NCBI RefSeq assembly: GCF_006345805.1
Contig: NW_021836782.1
Coordinates: 1 to 22,598 of the forward strand
DNA from: Octopus sinensis
Lineage: Eukaryota
Length of the DNA: 22,598 nucleotides
Direction of reading: 5' to 3'
Made by a program: the position numbers and the translations under genes. Position 1 is the stretch's first letter, and each line of letters starts with the position of its first letter. Of this stretch, positions 1 to 12,698 are shown in pieces. A model generated the notes under the pieces. It saw only the letters and a list, made by a program, of their open reading frames with translations, was not told where the DNA came from and searched no databases.

Positions 1-671
1 GCCTTCTATTTTATTCCTTTATATAATTATTTTTTTCTTTTCCTCCATCCTGTTCTATCTCTGACGAGAATCAGTTTTAATAAAATTAATTGGTGATTGT
101 TCTGTTTATACATGCAGAAATATATACATATACGTATATGTATATTTATGCACACACATATAGGTACGTCTTATTCACATATTCATATGTGCGTATGCTT
201 ATAATAATATACATACATGTATATATATATATAAATATGCATATATTTATGACTGTATACCATTGAAATTTTATTCTTCCATGTCCATTTAACCAATGAA
301 ACAACAATGATATGACAAATAAATAAATGGAAGTTGCGTTTGAAAAAAATGAACAAGAAACGGCGAGAGAAACCCAGAAATAAAGAAAGAGGAAAAAGAA
401 AGAAGTGAAAGAAAGAAACGAAGAGGAACATCTCTTGTATCAATAATGGATTTTCTCTCGTCTCCTCTGCGTTAAATTTATATTCCCATAACACCATGGC
501 AATAAAAATTGAGTTAGCTTGGTGAAGAGTGTCAGAGACGGAGAAAGGGTGATAAAGAGGAGAGAAGAAAAGAGAGGCGGAGAGGGGATGAGGGTTGAAA
601 GATAACGACTGACACAAAGATTATGTGACTGATTGAAGGAATAAGTCAGAGAAGGACAAGGGGAAGGAAAT

Positions 672-716
672 GAGAGAGAGAAAGAGAGAGAGAGAGAGAA
701 AGAGAGAAAGAGAGAG
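672..716. repeat. (GA)n/(GAAA) microsatellite
   Basis: Directly visible gagagagagaaagagagag run. Confidence 0.9.
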
Positions 717-984
717 TGCGAAGGAGCGTGTGAGGCGCGGAAAAGGCTTTCTCAGTTGACTTTTCGAGAAGTAGACAATTAAGAAATAATTGGCTTGTGC
801 TGGGCGTGAACTCTTGGCACCAATTAACCTTGTTATTGATACATCGTGTGATTTCATCGTTTCGATGGTTTTTCTGTCTTGTTAGAAAAATGGTGTCGGC
901 GGACGTCAACAAACATTTTTCAATGTGAACAACAGACGATGCATTACAAACGTACGTACGGAAGTACGTAGGTACGTACACACA

Positions 985-987
985 GAA

Positions 988-1041
<54 letters not shown>

Positions 1042-1430
1042 ATGTTAATGTATAGATGTATATATATATGTAAATGTATTATATATATATATATATATAT
1101 ATAACATACACATAAATATGTATATATGTATTTACACACACATACTCACTCACACATATATTTGTGTATATGCTTATACATATATGTGTGTGTATTTATA
1201 TATATGTGTGTGTATGTATCTATGTATATCTATCTATCTATATCTCTATCTATATGTATACAAATACATACACACACACATATAAGGATACATACAAACA
1301 CACACGCACATATAGATAGTTAGATACATGTGCACATACATATGTAATTATGTATATGCATATATATATATATTTATATATATATACATATTATATATAT
1401 ATATATATGTATATACATATGTGCATGCGT
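985..1430. repeat. Compound (TA)n/(TG)n/(CA)n/(TATC)n microsatellite field
   Basis: Directly visible; explains the YIYI/CVCV/HTHT ORFs. Confidence 0.9.
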
Positions 1431-1449
1431 TTGGGTGTGCACACGAAAT

Positions 1450-1560
1450 AAATAGTAGTCAATCTGGTTCGGATTCATAGCGGAGAGTCGAGTTGGTCAT
1501 AGCTGGAATGCGTTTAATCATTAGTCCGATCGATTACAATTGACCTCACAACCACAACTA
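1450..1560 (+). mobile_element. Degenerate SINE 3' remnant
   Basis: ggtcatagctggaat (~1496-1510) matches at 13/15 the reverse complement of attccagtcatgacc at ~16962-16976 and ends in a (CAA)-like tail; family assignment is from recall only. Confidence 0.3.
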
Positions 1561-1647
1561 CAGCAAACCGAACATCCCATCTCTCGCTCACTTCTCCCCA
1601 TCTACCACCCTTTAGTAACCATTTCCAATTTTCCTACCTAATTCATT

Positions 1648-1712
1648 GCGATGGCCATGTGGCTAAAGTGTTATGTTTATGATTATAAGCTATAAGTTCG
1701 AGTCCGACTCTG
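1648..1712 (+). mobile_element. tRNA-derived SINE head (Pol III A/B boxes)
   Basis: A-box-like TGGCCATGTGG at 1652-1662 and B-box GTTCGAGTCC at 1696-1705, tRNA-like 44-nt spacing; no intact cloverleaf, so not a tRNA gene. Confidence 0.55.
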
Positions 1713-2119
1713 CTAAAATCTGTACTAGCCGGATTGTGGTGCAACTTTCTCTTCATTTCAGCTGTCACATATTGGATATGGCCTTTGTTTCAAGAAACGG
1801 GGGAGAGGGGGACGTGAGCAAGCACAAGACCACCCTGCCCGGCGAATCTGCACAGAGGTGCCACATTGTACGAACAGAAGAAAAGGTGAAATGTGCAAAT
1901 CTAGAGCCAACACTTTGCCTTCAGTCCCAAAAGACCACTAATGACCAATCTACGATAGAGCCCTCCAAGTACGCACCGGATTCATCGGCCACAGCCGGAT
2001 ACACAGTACATCGGCTCCTTCTCCCGTGTGATGTCCTTGATCCTCATCAACAACGACGCACGAACAAATAATAATAATAACAATAATGATAATTATTATT
2101 ATTATTATTATCTTAATAT

Positions 2120-2259
2120 GAGATCACCATGTCATGCACATATGGTTGTGATGCCTGTGCCTGGTGTACCCTTATCAGACGGGTAGTCATGATGGGTATA
2201 CTGGGCTTCATATATTTTATTCCAGTGTCACTTTGATGGCATGCACTGCTCTCTCACTC
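2120..2259 (+). mobile_element. 3' end of a dispersed retro-repeat terminating in (AAT)n
   Basis: 140-bp complex sequence between (ATT)n and (AAT)n tracts, ending ...gcactgctctctcactc-aataataat; recalled as a common octopus repeat end; probably a LINE 3' UTR or SINE tail (inference). Confidence 0.4.
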
Positions 2260-2284
2260 AATAATAATAATGATGATGATGATG

Positions 2285-2341
<57 letters not shown>

Positions 2342-2375
2342 TAATAATAATTCATAATAATAATGATAATAATAA
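2260..2375. repeat. (AAT)n/(GAT)n microsatellite
   Basis: Directly visible. Confidence 0.95.
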
Positions 2376-2785
2376 CGCATCTGTCAAGACCTACCAGAAA
2401 CTGAACGAGTATAAAGATCTTGAAATAGAAATTGGCAAAATGTGGAACCTGAATATTAAAACAATACGTATTGTCAAGGGTACCTTAGGAATGATAGGAA
2501 AAGGGGCTGATTGCTACCTAGCTCAGATACCAGGAAACCCCAGAATGGCAGAAATTCAAAAATACCACTCATGGGAACTGCGCATATCCTACGTAAAATA
2601 CTGACTTTGTAATCTCAAATTTTAAAACAAGCTTATAATTTTCTTGTTTTCTTAAACAATCTAAAACAATATTATGTGCAAAACCAAATATATGACACCC
2701 TAAGCATAACACCAATTTGAACTTCTAACTTGTCCCTTGAGGTGTCTGGGTGAGACTTGGATCCAACAAAAGTCAAACATGAAAT
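2374..2785 (+). mobile_element. R4/Dong-clade non-LTR retrotransposon, 5'-truncated fragment (RLE C-terminus + 3' UTR)
   Basis: ASVKTYQKLNEYKDLEIEIGKMWNLNIKTIRIVKGTLGMIGK...IQK then, after a frameshift, LMGTAHILRKILTL* (stop 2610-2612); typical RLE tail (K..KY.DL..E; LGTAHILR); (TAA)n on the left, short (TAG)n then (TAA)n on the right. Confidence 0.85.
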
Positions 2786-2806
2786 AGTAGTAGTAGTAAT
2801 AATAAC

Positions 2807-2893
<87 letters not shown>
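2784..2893. repeat. (TAG)n/(TAA)n microsatellite
   Basis: Directly visible. Confidence 0.95.
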
Positions 2894-3797
2894 CATGAGT
2901 TTGATAGGCTTCGTCCAGTATAGGCCCATGCCATGTCTAACTTAATAGCACCACCTGGTAAATGATTTCATTTATATGCCAGCAAGGTGAAGCAGGAGGG
3001 GGGGGAATAGAAAGGCAAACATGAAGTGTGGGGATTTATATAGAATGAAATGAGAAAACAAAGCTAAGCACAATGGAAAGGTAGGGACATAAACATGGTA
3101 TAGAAAGGTTATAAAAAAGCTCCTGAGCACAGAACAATCGAAACCAGAGAAGATACGATTCAACTTATTGACTCATACTCGTACGCAAGTGACGGCTAAA
3201 CTATTACTTTTTTTATATTCTTCTCTCTGTTTTTCCTCCCAGAGTATCTTAGTTCTCCTCACATCATTCCCAGCGACTCCTTTCTCATTCCATCGTATAT
3301 TTAACATAATCTCTTTACCGTATTTTGATAACTCATATTGCTCTCCATCCTTGACTCCTTACCTCTTCTTCCTTTCCTCACTCTCCCATCTTTATAATTT
3401 TAAATGTTCACCCTTTTCCCTCCATTTCTCTCCTTCCTCTCTTCCCATTTTATTCTTACACATCTATTTATCTCTCATCTATTGACTCGTCCCACCACCC
3501 ATTTCTCACCAACTCCTCCACCCTTATTATTACCCCACCCACCCCTATATAGCTTCTCTACTCACCTACTTATCTTGCTCTTTACCTCATCTTTCAAGAA
3601 TTTCCCACTTAACCTTTGACCTGCCTTTATCTCACGTTCTCTTTCTCATCTCTTCCTCCTCTTCCTCTTCTTCTTTTCCTTCTTCTCTTCCCATTAACTC
3701 TCTTTTTCTGTAAATCTTACCTCCGCCTTCCGCAACACCACCAACCAAAATTACTGCTCATCAACTATTTCAGAACTCATACCTTACTATACTAATA

Positions 3798-3990
<193 letters not shown>

Positions 3991-4179
3991 ATGCATACAT
4001 ACATACGTACCTACATACACACACATGCACCACCTCCCTGCACTCACGTACGGATACACTATATATGGAAGCACATACACACACATATTCGTAGAAATAT
4101 ATGCATATGTTTATATGTACGACACATTTTGAAGCATTTCAAAATGAATTGATGTTTTTCCAGTTAATGTGTGTATTTA

Positions 4180-4180
4180 T

Positions 4181-4229
<49 letters not shown>

Positions 4230-4300
4230 GTGTGTGTGGGTGTGTATATGTATATATGTATGTATATATGTATTATATGTATATATGTATATAGATGTAT

Positions 4301-4348
<48 letters not shown>

Positions 4349-4410
4349 ATATGAATATGTATATGTATATATATATATATAGATATAATATACATGGTAC
4401 ACACACACAA
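4180..4410. repeat. Compound (CA)n/(TA)n microsatellite
   Basis: Directly visible. Confidence 0.9.
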
Positions 4411-5151
4411 AAACACATAGGCACGCGCGCGCAAACATATATCTGTCTCCAATTCCCTTCACTTCTTTTCGGGATATAAACGTTACGGCAGCAGCGGTAG
4501 CAGCAGCAGCATCCGTCAACAAATGCACACTCCATTCAAGCACAAAACACATTGACGCCTCAACAGCTGGTGTTCATTCTGCTACGTTGGATGCTGCTGA
4601 GGGCGGAGTTGCAGGTAGGGGCTGTAATGGCGGTGGTGGTGGTGGTAAAAAATTCATGTTGCTGTCGGCGATGGCTCTGCTGGTGACGAAGGTGCTGATT
4701 GTGGTATAGGCCAGGCAATTGTGGTGGGTGTCTTGGTGGTAGTTTTACAAGCAATTAAGGCAATGCTGGTAGTGAGGGCGATAAGTGTGATGTTCGCAGT
4801 GGTTTTGCCGTTGTTGTTTGTGTCAGTTGCTCTGGGTTATTGGTAATGATGGTGACGATGATGATGATGATATTCCTAATTGACGAGGTTGGAGGACATG
4901 ATAGAAACTGCAGCTATATCCCGGTACACACGCAAGTTTTCAGGCTTAACAACGTAATGATATATTGCATAATGTGGTCCCAGATACGCCAAGTCTGAAA
5001 CAGATGTGATGGTCAGGGCTGGCTGGCTGAATTGGCCGGCTCAATGAAGGTCTGGCATGCGAACACACAACAAGAAAAACAGGCAGTTTTGATGATAAGG
5101 ATGCTGACGCATGAAATCATGTTGTATATATGTGTGTATATGCATAAATGG

Positions 5152-5232
5152 AACTCCGACGAAGATATAACCTGACACACTAGCATTCAACTATGAGTGC
5201 ATTGTTTCGTATAGCCGAAACAGGTGTAAGTT
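5152..5232 (+). ncRNA. Degenerate minimal type I hammerhead ribozyme-like motif (Penelope-type)
   Basis: Stem I AACT(5152-55)/AGTT(5229-32); core CCGACGA (5156-62, U4->C); stem II TATA/TATA extended by the GCATTC/GAGTGC hairpin (5183-5200); GAAA 5217-20; C-AGGT-G minimal stem III; GUA triplet 5226-28. Confidence 0.45.
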
Positions 5233-5889
5233 AAGGATGTTCATTATTTCTCGTTTCCTTGTCAGTTATTTAATCACTTATGTAGTGTACATTTCAGAGT
5301 GTGTATGTGTTTGTGAATGTGTGTGAAACGAAAATGATGTAGAAATAAAATCGATACTACATCTAGAATTCTACATGTCCATAAATTCTGAAAAGCATCA
5401 CATGTAACAAAACTTAAAAGTAAATGGTGGATTAAAGAAAAACGCACAGATACATCAAGCCATTCTCGAATCATGGCAGTTTAAGAATGAATATTTTACT
5501 CACAACTACAGAATATTCACAACCAGCTCAGAGTGGATTATGAGAAACTAGAAACTAGAAATCGAGTGTAATGTGAGATGCAGAAAAATGTAATGTAGAC
5601 GAAAACCTAAGCTGTAAGAGCGGTGCGTAGTGTAGGTAAAAGAACCACTGATCACTGGCGAAAATGCAATGAAAAGAAACCTCCATAATCTATCAGCAAG
5701 CTGTACACAACGGATTAATAAGAAGATTTCAAAATCGTGAGAATATCGAATGTGCTTCATTTTACATTTTTGCATTATGTTTCGAGTAATTGTACATCAC
5801 ACAAAATAATATTTTTTCCAACATTCATAAAAGTTTTTAGGTTTTCTTGGATGAATTGAAGACAAAATTGATCTAATCGTTGAACTCAA

Positions 5890-6331
5890 GTCTTCGTTTC
5901 TGTTGAAGTAATATTTTTGGCGCAATTCATTTTGAAAATAATGTAATCCTTCACCATATCGCAGTTCACCTATCGCGGTTTATTATTTAAGCTTACATCG
6001 ATTCCTTCGTGGTGATGTCTTGCATTTATAATAAAATAAATATATACAAATTATAAACATAAAATAAATATAAAGTACTGGTCCTACTTCGCGGATTTTC
6101 ACCTATCGCGTGGGGTTTTGGAACGTAACAGCCGCGATAGTCGAGGAATTACTGTACTAAAGAATTTCATATGAAATAATGTAGTCATTATGATTCTGGT
6201 GTTAGAGCATAAACGAACATGAAATTTTGGCGAAAGGTTTTAAATTAAATAATTTTAAAATAAGCAGTTTATATCGTAGGGCCAAATTTAGTCTCATGGG
6301 ACTAAGGCCGGTTTTGTATTGAAAGGGTTAA
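5890..6331. mobile_element. piggyBac-like MITE remnant, apparently interrupted by the Tigger-like MITE
   Basis: Right end gaaaggg|ttaa (CCCTTT terminus + TTAA) at ~6321-6331; left end not recognisable; continuity across the Tigger MITE inferred from recalled consensus. Confidence 0.35.
5941..6154. mobile_element. Tc1/mariner (pogo/Tigger-like) MITE
   Basis: Right end ccgcgatagtcgaggaattactg|TA (reverse complement CAGTAATTCCTCGACTATCGCGG); degenerate left end TA|atgtaatccttcaccatatcgcag; TA at 5939-40 and 6155-56; internal repeat ttcacctatcgcg twice. Confidence 0.65.
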
Positions 6332-6689
6332 AAGTCGACATGCTATAGACAATAAGCAAATATATGCTGCCACCAAATGCTAGAAATGATACTGCGAACT
6401 TCCAGCAGCTGCTTAAATGCACAAAGTGATGTCAAAATGCTATTCTAGAGTATATTTTCAGGTAAGACCTAATATGGTGCGCGAAATGGCCATATTGAAT
6501 TTCAAACGATTCCTAGAATCTCCTTAAAAACGGTTAAGAGAATTATTTAGATGCAAATATAATTGACTGTGCAAGCATAACACATGTTCGTCGATTTTCT
6601 TTTGATGAAAAACATGTTTGAGGTTCCAAGAAATCGTATTTTGAATTACTACTGTGTGCTTCTTAAACTTTTGTTCAATTTGGTTTGTT

Positions 6690-6920
6690 AAGTGGTATGG
6701 TTAAGAAGCTTATTTTGCATTGCAACCATAAGGATTCAGGTTCCGTCCCCTCTGCGCGCAGCTTCTTGGGCAAATGACTTCTACTTTAGCGGCAGGACGG
6801 CCAAAGTCTATACATTGAATTTAATAGATGAAGATTGTGTGGAAGCCCATAGAATCACTCTCTCCTTTTATGTGTGTGTGTGTGTGTATGTGTGCATGCA
6901 TGTATGTGTGAGTGCGTGTA
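6690..6920 (+). mobile_element. Diverged tRNA-derived SINE (same family as the 13352-16930 host SINE), uninterrupted
   Basis: tggttaagaagctt...ggattcaggttccgtccc...ttgggcaaatgacttctactttagc aligns with the reverse complement of 13352-13466 plus 16906-16930; followed by (GT)n. Confidence 0.6.
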
Positions 6921-7573
6921 GGTGTTTGTTATTCTCTATTGGTGCCTGGTCTCCTCTCAACTTGAAGAGCATTTTGTAAGAGCAGTCGAGTCAGACTATT
7001 TTCTGACTTCACTGCATATCGGTACAACCTTCGGCATCTGATACAAGTACCACTCGAAGACTAAGTAGCGATTCTTGAGTGAAGTGGTGTTTGTCCACTA
7101 AATTTTCTGAATGGCGGATGATAGAGGCGAATGCGTCCAAGTTGACAGTCCTGCTTTGTAGGTTGGGGGCAAAAAGCAATAGAAGAGCATTTACTGTTGG
7201 TAATTGATGTAATCCAGCTACTATGAGGTCTCTGGATCGAGCCCAGATGGCCGGCCGACTGCCAAACACTACATCAAATGGAAAACCGTCGCATTTGTCA
7301 AGATTTTGTGCTGAGAAATAATAGATGAGAGTTTTATTATCATTTTACAGTTCTGAGAGTGGAAGATGTGATATTCATACATTTTTCGTGGCCTCTGGTT
7401 TTGGAAGAGAAAATATTGATTTCGCCTTCGAGAGTCCTAAAGAATTATGTCCGATGGAATTGCTTCAAAGAAGAAATCTGTCCGGGATCACAGGCTCGCT
7501 TCGTTGACCCGTTACGCCTACCATTATGTTGATGAGAAAAGTATGGCGTTGACAACGACGTTGGCGATAATTG

Positions 7574-7574
7574 T

Positions 7575-7607
<33 letters not shown>

Positions 7608-7726
7608 AATAATAATAATTATTATTATAATGATGATGATGATGATGATAATAATAATATAATAATAATAATAATGATGATGATGATAATAACAATAATA
7701 ATGATGATGATGATAATAACAATAAC

Positions 7727-7773
<47 letters not shown>

Positions 7774-7925
7774 GAAGAAGAAGAAGAAGAAGAAGAACAT
7801 TAACAAAAATAATAAAACAAATAAGAATAACACAGACGAGCGTGATGAGGGTGATGACAACGATGATGATGATGACGATGATGATGATGATGACGATGAT
7901 GATGATGATGACGATGATGGTGCAT
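7574..7925. repeat. Trinucleotide mosaic (AAC/AAT/GAT/AAG/GAC)
   Basis: Directly visible; source of the homopolymeric ORFs. Confidence 0.9.
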
Positions 7926-8167
7926 AATGAAGGGAATTGAATAAATTGATCTTAATGCAATGAAGAGGCACACAAGGACACAAAGATACACGCATACAAG
8001 CTTATAAATGTGTGTGTGTGTGTGTGTGTCTATATACACACACGCGGGTGCGTCCAGATTTATCTTCGCAAATATTCCTTTTAGATTGATTCCAATGGGA
8101 GTAATAAAGCTCCGTTTGTCGGCAGAAAAACGGCAAAACCACCATATTCACTGCCATAATCGTTATC

Positions 8168-8190
8168 GTTATCATCATAACCATCATCAC

Positions 8191-8230
<40 letters not shown>

Positions 8231-8607
8231 GTCGTCGTCGTCGTCGTCACAATCGTCATCATCATCATCATCATTTTTGCCACCACCACCATTATAATAG
8301 TCGAGACCACCAGCATCACCACTAACATCATCAACCTTCTCCTTCTTATTCTCCTCCTTCTCCTCGCCGTAGTTCTCATCACCACCATTATTACCGTTAA
8401 TATCCTCCTCCTCCTTCTCCTCGCCCTTCTTCTTCTTCTTCTTCTTCTTCTCTCCTCCTTCTTCTTCTCCTTCTTCTTCTCCTCCTCCTCCTCCTTTTCC
8501 TTCCCATTTTCCTTCCACCCACTCATCATCGTCTCCATCATTTTCCTCGCTTGTTGTAGTCTTTGTCGTCGTCCTCTTCCTCGTCCTCACCCCCTCCTCC
8601 TCCTCCT

Positions 8608-8648
<41 letters not shown>

Positions 8649-8697
8649 GCAGCATCTTCATCAGTTTCACCAGTATCCACCTGAGCATCAACCTAAT

Positions 8698-8769
<72 letters not shown>

Positions 8770-8810
8770 AACAACAACAGCAACGACAAAAGCAACAACA
8801 ATAATGCAAA
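8168..8810. repeat. Trinucleotide mosaic (CAT/CGT/CCT/CTT/CAG/AAC/AAT)
   Basis: Directly visible. Confidence 0.9.
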
Positions 8811-9592
8811 TGCTGAAAGCATCAAAGTACAACAACGACGACGACACGTCGAATATATATAGGGGACCATTACTGCTAAAAAGCCGTTTTTAGAAATTAG
8901 AAAACAAAACATTTCCTCCCCCCCTCCCCCAGACACTTTTCTTTCCCTAAAACAAAATTGAAACAGAAACAAAGAAATTTAATAAAAAAAAATAAACAAG
9001 GCATTAATATAAATTAATATAAAAATAATAATAGAAAGAAAAAAAATAGGGGGAGCAGCTGTTTAATAGCTTCTGTTTGTCTCCCTTTACTACTGGCTGG
9101 TGGTTGGCGGGTGGCGGTCTGTGGTGGTATACGAGATGGTGTGACGGTAGCGCCTCTTTGGTCTAGCTCTCCTGTTAAGAGAAGCAGATCACACACACAC
9201 ACACACACACACACATTTGCATCACATTTACACACACACATATATACATCAATGTACACACACACACATATGTACAGATAGATAGATAGATAAACAGACA
9301 GGTAGATAATAGATAGACAAATAGAAATATAGACTGATAGATAGATATGGACATCAATATATCTGTGGGTGTGTGTCAGTGTGTACATATATATATATAT
9401 ATTATATAGTATATATATGTATATATATTATATATATATCATATATATATGTGTGTGTGTGTGTGTGCTTGTGTGTGTGTGTGGGTGTGTATATATGATT
9501 CTGGCACATACACCCACACACGATATAATATCTATTTATATGTTATATATATATATTATATATATATAATATATATATATGATATATATATG

Positions 9593-9623
<31 letters not shown>

Positions 9624-10214
9624 ATATATATATTATATATAAATAGATAGATATAAATAAATAGATAGATAGAGAGACAGATAGATAAATAGATACATAC
9701 ATACCTACATATATATAAAAACATCTATCTCCATCTATTACTCTCTATGAAAGTATATACATATGAGAGAGAGAGAGACAGAGATCGACGAAAGAGGGAG
9801 AGAGAGAGGAGGAAGAGCGAGAAAGTGCAGACAAGAAGACAGACCGAGGGCGTGGGTGATGAATGGACAAACTAAAAGATATTACCAGACCAACGTAGGG
9901 CAGTCAGTAAAGATGGCGAGCACTTCTAATAAAGTTAAATGAAGCATGTACAGGCAAAAGTGGTTTTGTGGTGGTCGTAAGTTGATGATGCTCGACTCCG
10001 GCACTAAACTTTATTAGCTTCAACAGCTGCTCTTATATAAATTCATGGAAAATAATGTCCTATTACGGCGGACATTTTACTCTTTTTAATTGCTTCCTAT
10101 TGCTCATTTAGTTCCCTTCTTCTTCGTCTTCGATGCCTTTCACTTCCTCCTACTGCTCCTCCTCTGTGTCTGTCTGCATGTATGAATAAATAAATATACA
10201 TGTCTTTTCTTCTA

Positions 10215-10475
10215 TTCTTTTATTTGCTTCAATCATTTGACTGAGACCATGCTGGAGCATCGCTCTCAGTCGAGCAAAACGACCTCAGGACTTATGCCTT
10301 GTAAGTCTAGTACTTATTTTATCGGTTTCTTTCGCCGAACCGCTAAGTTACTGGCACGTAACACGCCAACATCGGTTGTCAAGTGAATGTGAACACACAT
10401 ACACACACACACACATCTATATATACGACGGGCTTCTTTCAGACACCGTCTTCCGCATCCACTCTCAAAGCTGGT
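10215..10475 (-). mobile_element. SINE body and 3' end with internal (CA)n
   Basis: tcatttgactgagaccatgctggagca...ccgaaccgctaagttac is clearly homologous to 12699-12900; gcatccactctcaaag near 10455-10470 matches aaatccactcacaag at 13355-13369. Confidence 0.75.
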
Positions 10476-10692
10476 TCTGCTGTTTTGTGATTGATATTTC
10501 TGTTTGCAGTTTGATGTTAGTTTTATTTTCTGAAAAAAGTATTTCAAAAATAAATATTTTAAAGACTTTTGTTGTTGTTGTTGTTGTTGTTCCAATCCAG
10601 TCCGGATCCATTCTTTTCACTTTCAAACTCGTCTCCACCCGACAGATATATATAGCCTCCAGCGTCTGCTGTTCCGATACAAAAACATACAT

Positions 10693-10788
<96 letters not shown>

Positions 10789-11086
10789 CGTACATACATA
10801 TATCCGAGCATATATGCATATACGTATGTATGGATGTACGTATGAGAGTACGTATATCAAGATATATATATATATTATATATATTTATATCTATCTATCT
10901 ATCTATCTATCTATCTACTATCTATCTTCTATCTATCTTCTATCATCTATCTATCTATCTATATCTATCTTATCTATATATATATATAATATATATAATA
11001 TATATATATATATATATCAGATAGATAGATAGATAGATAGATAGATATATTATATGATTGAACGTCACTCATTCTCTTCCAAGTAA

Positions 11087-11125
<39 letters not shown>

Positions 11126-11557
11126 GCATATGCTTGAATGCTGTCTATTGTCCATCTCCATGCAAATATCAAAGTCCATTTGAAATTCATTACTGAGCAC
11201 CGAAGTACATCATTTGTCGGTAGTGCAGATGATGGTGTTAGTGTTGGTACCACTGTAATGGTAGTGGTGGTACTGCCGGAGGTGTTGTATTGTGGTGGTG
11301 GTGGTGGTGGTGGTTGGGTGTTTGGTACTCGTCGAAGCGTTTTAAAAATTTCGTTTGTTTACTTGCTGTTGTTGATTGCTAAACGAGAAATCCTGGCGAT
11401 TGGCCTTCATAGGGGACTTAATAAGATTGTAAATGCGTCTATGCTTGTGTGTGTATGTATGTGTCTATGTGTTTGTATGTATGTAAGTATGTGTATGTAT
11501 GTATGTATGTATGTATGTATGTATGTATGTATGTATGTATATATGTATGTATGTAAG

Positions 11558-11596
<39 letters not shown>

Positions 11597-11898
11597 TATG
11601 TATGTGTTTATGCATGTATGTGTGTATGTATATATGTATGTGTGTATGTATGTGTGTATATATTTATGTATGCATGTATGTATGTGTGCATATGTGTGTA
11701 TGTATGTATGTATCTATCTGTCTGTGTGTCTGTCTGTTAATCACTTTGTATAAATACACATACATATATAAGCGAGCATGTATGCATGCATCTCTCTCTC
11801 TCTCAAACTTATAACATACACACACACATACACACACATATATGTACCGACGCAAAGATAGATAACATACACATTGAATGATTTATGTGTGTGTGTGT

Positions 11899-11945
<47 letters not shown>

Positions 11946-12475
11946 CTGTGTAAATATAGCCAGACACAAGTATATACACAAAACATGTATTGTACAAATT
12001 CAGTTGTAATGAATTTTCCCTGATTAAATCTCCATATAATAAATATATAAGGCCCGGCCCTCAACAGACAATCCATAAGCTACGGGCATGCACCACACGC
12101 ACACACACATACATGTACGCATCCCCTCCCACACCTTTCACCTTTGCATAAAGAAACATATTCACGCTAATTTGTGTGATTTAGTGGCTGCCATTAACGA
12201 CTGACAAAGAATGAAGTGTCGGCAGGGGGGAAGTTTGTAAGTGGAAGGAGGGGGAGGAGGAAGTAGAGTGAGAGGAAGAGGAGATGCACACACACACAGA
12301 CACAGACACATACAGCCATATATTAAAATAACGCTAAATATTGAAGGAGGTGGAAGTGGAGGGCTGAGGAGAGCGTCGGTGAGAGAGAGGGGAATACGTA
12401 TGAGGTGGGGGAAACGTAATCTGTGGAAGAAGGAGGAGTGAGTCTAAAATTTGAAGCTAAATAGATTTAAAATAA

Positions 12476-12660
12476 TGTTGTTTAGCCCGAGATGGACCAT
12501 ATATTGGGAATATTCTTAAGATCTAAGATCTAAGCCATGGCCAGCCCTTAGTTGTTTAGGCAAATTGAGCTGTATCTTCTTAATAAAGTGTATTTCCTTT
12601 TTTGGTTGTGCCTTTTCATGATTCGCAGCAAATTTGGCCGATATTTCTCAAAGACCCAGC
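12476..12660 (-). mobile_element. Highly degenerate SINE remnant
   Basis: gttgtttagccc...agccatggcc resembles the reverse complement of the 1450-1560 type; weak, recall-based. Confidence 0.25.
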
Positions 12661-12698
12661 ATTCACATTCGGGTTCGTTTTATTATTTTATCCTTATA

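Noticed and set aside
61-120. CTGACGAG followed by an AATCA/TGATT stem, hammerhead-like start
   Set aside because: No GAAA directly after the stem and no stem I/III or NUH arrangement
183-1323. ORFs of 60-144 aa in the first 1.3 kb
   Set aside because: Translations of GA/TA/CA microsatellites and purine-rich sequence; no domain signal
1673-2071. 132-aa ORF of complex sequence ending in (TAA)n
   Set aside because: No recognisable motif in any frame; could be an old repeat but cannot be assigned
4480-4870. GC-richer Gly/Val/Thr-like coding-looking stretch (similar ones at 9090-9160 and 11220-11330)
   Set aside because: Decayed (GGT/GAT/GCA)n triplet sequence with stops in all frames and no clear splice structure
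7009-7310. Complex segment with an 86-aa minus-strand ORF
   Set aside because: No RT or transposase motif recognised; left unassigned
10376-11032. Longest ORF in the track (218 aa)
   Set aside because: Runs through a SINE remnant and AAC/CA/TA/TATC repeats; spurious
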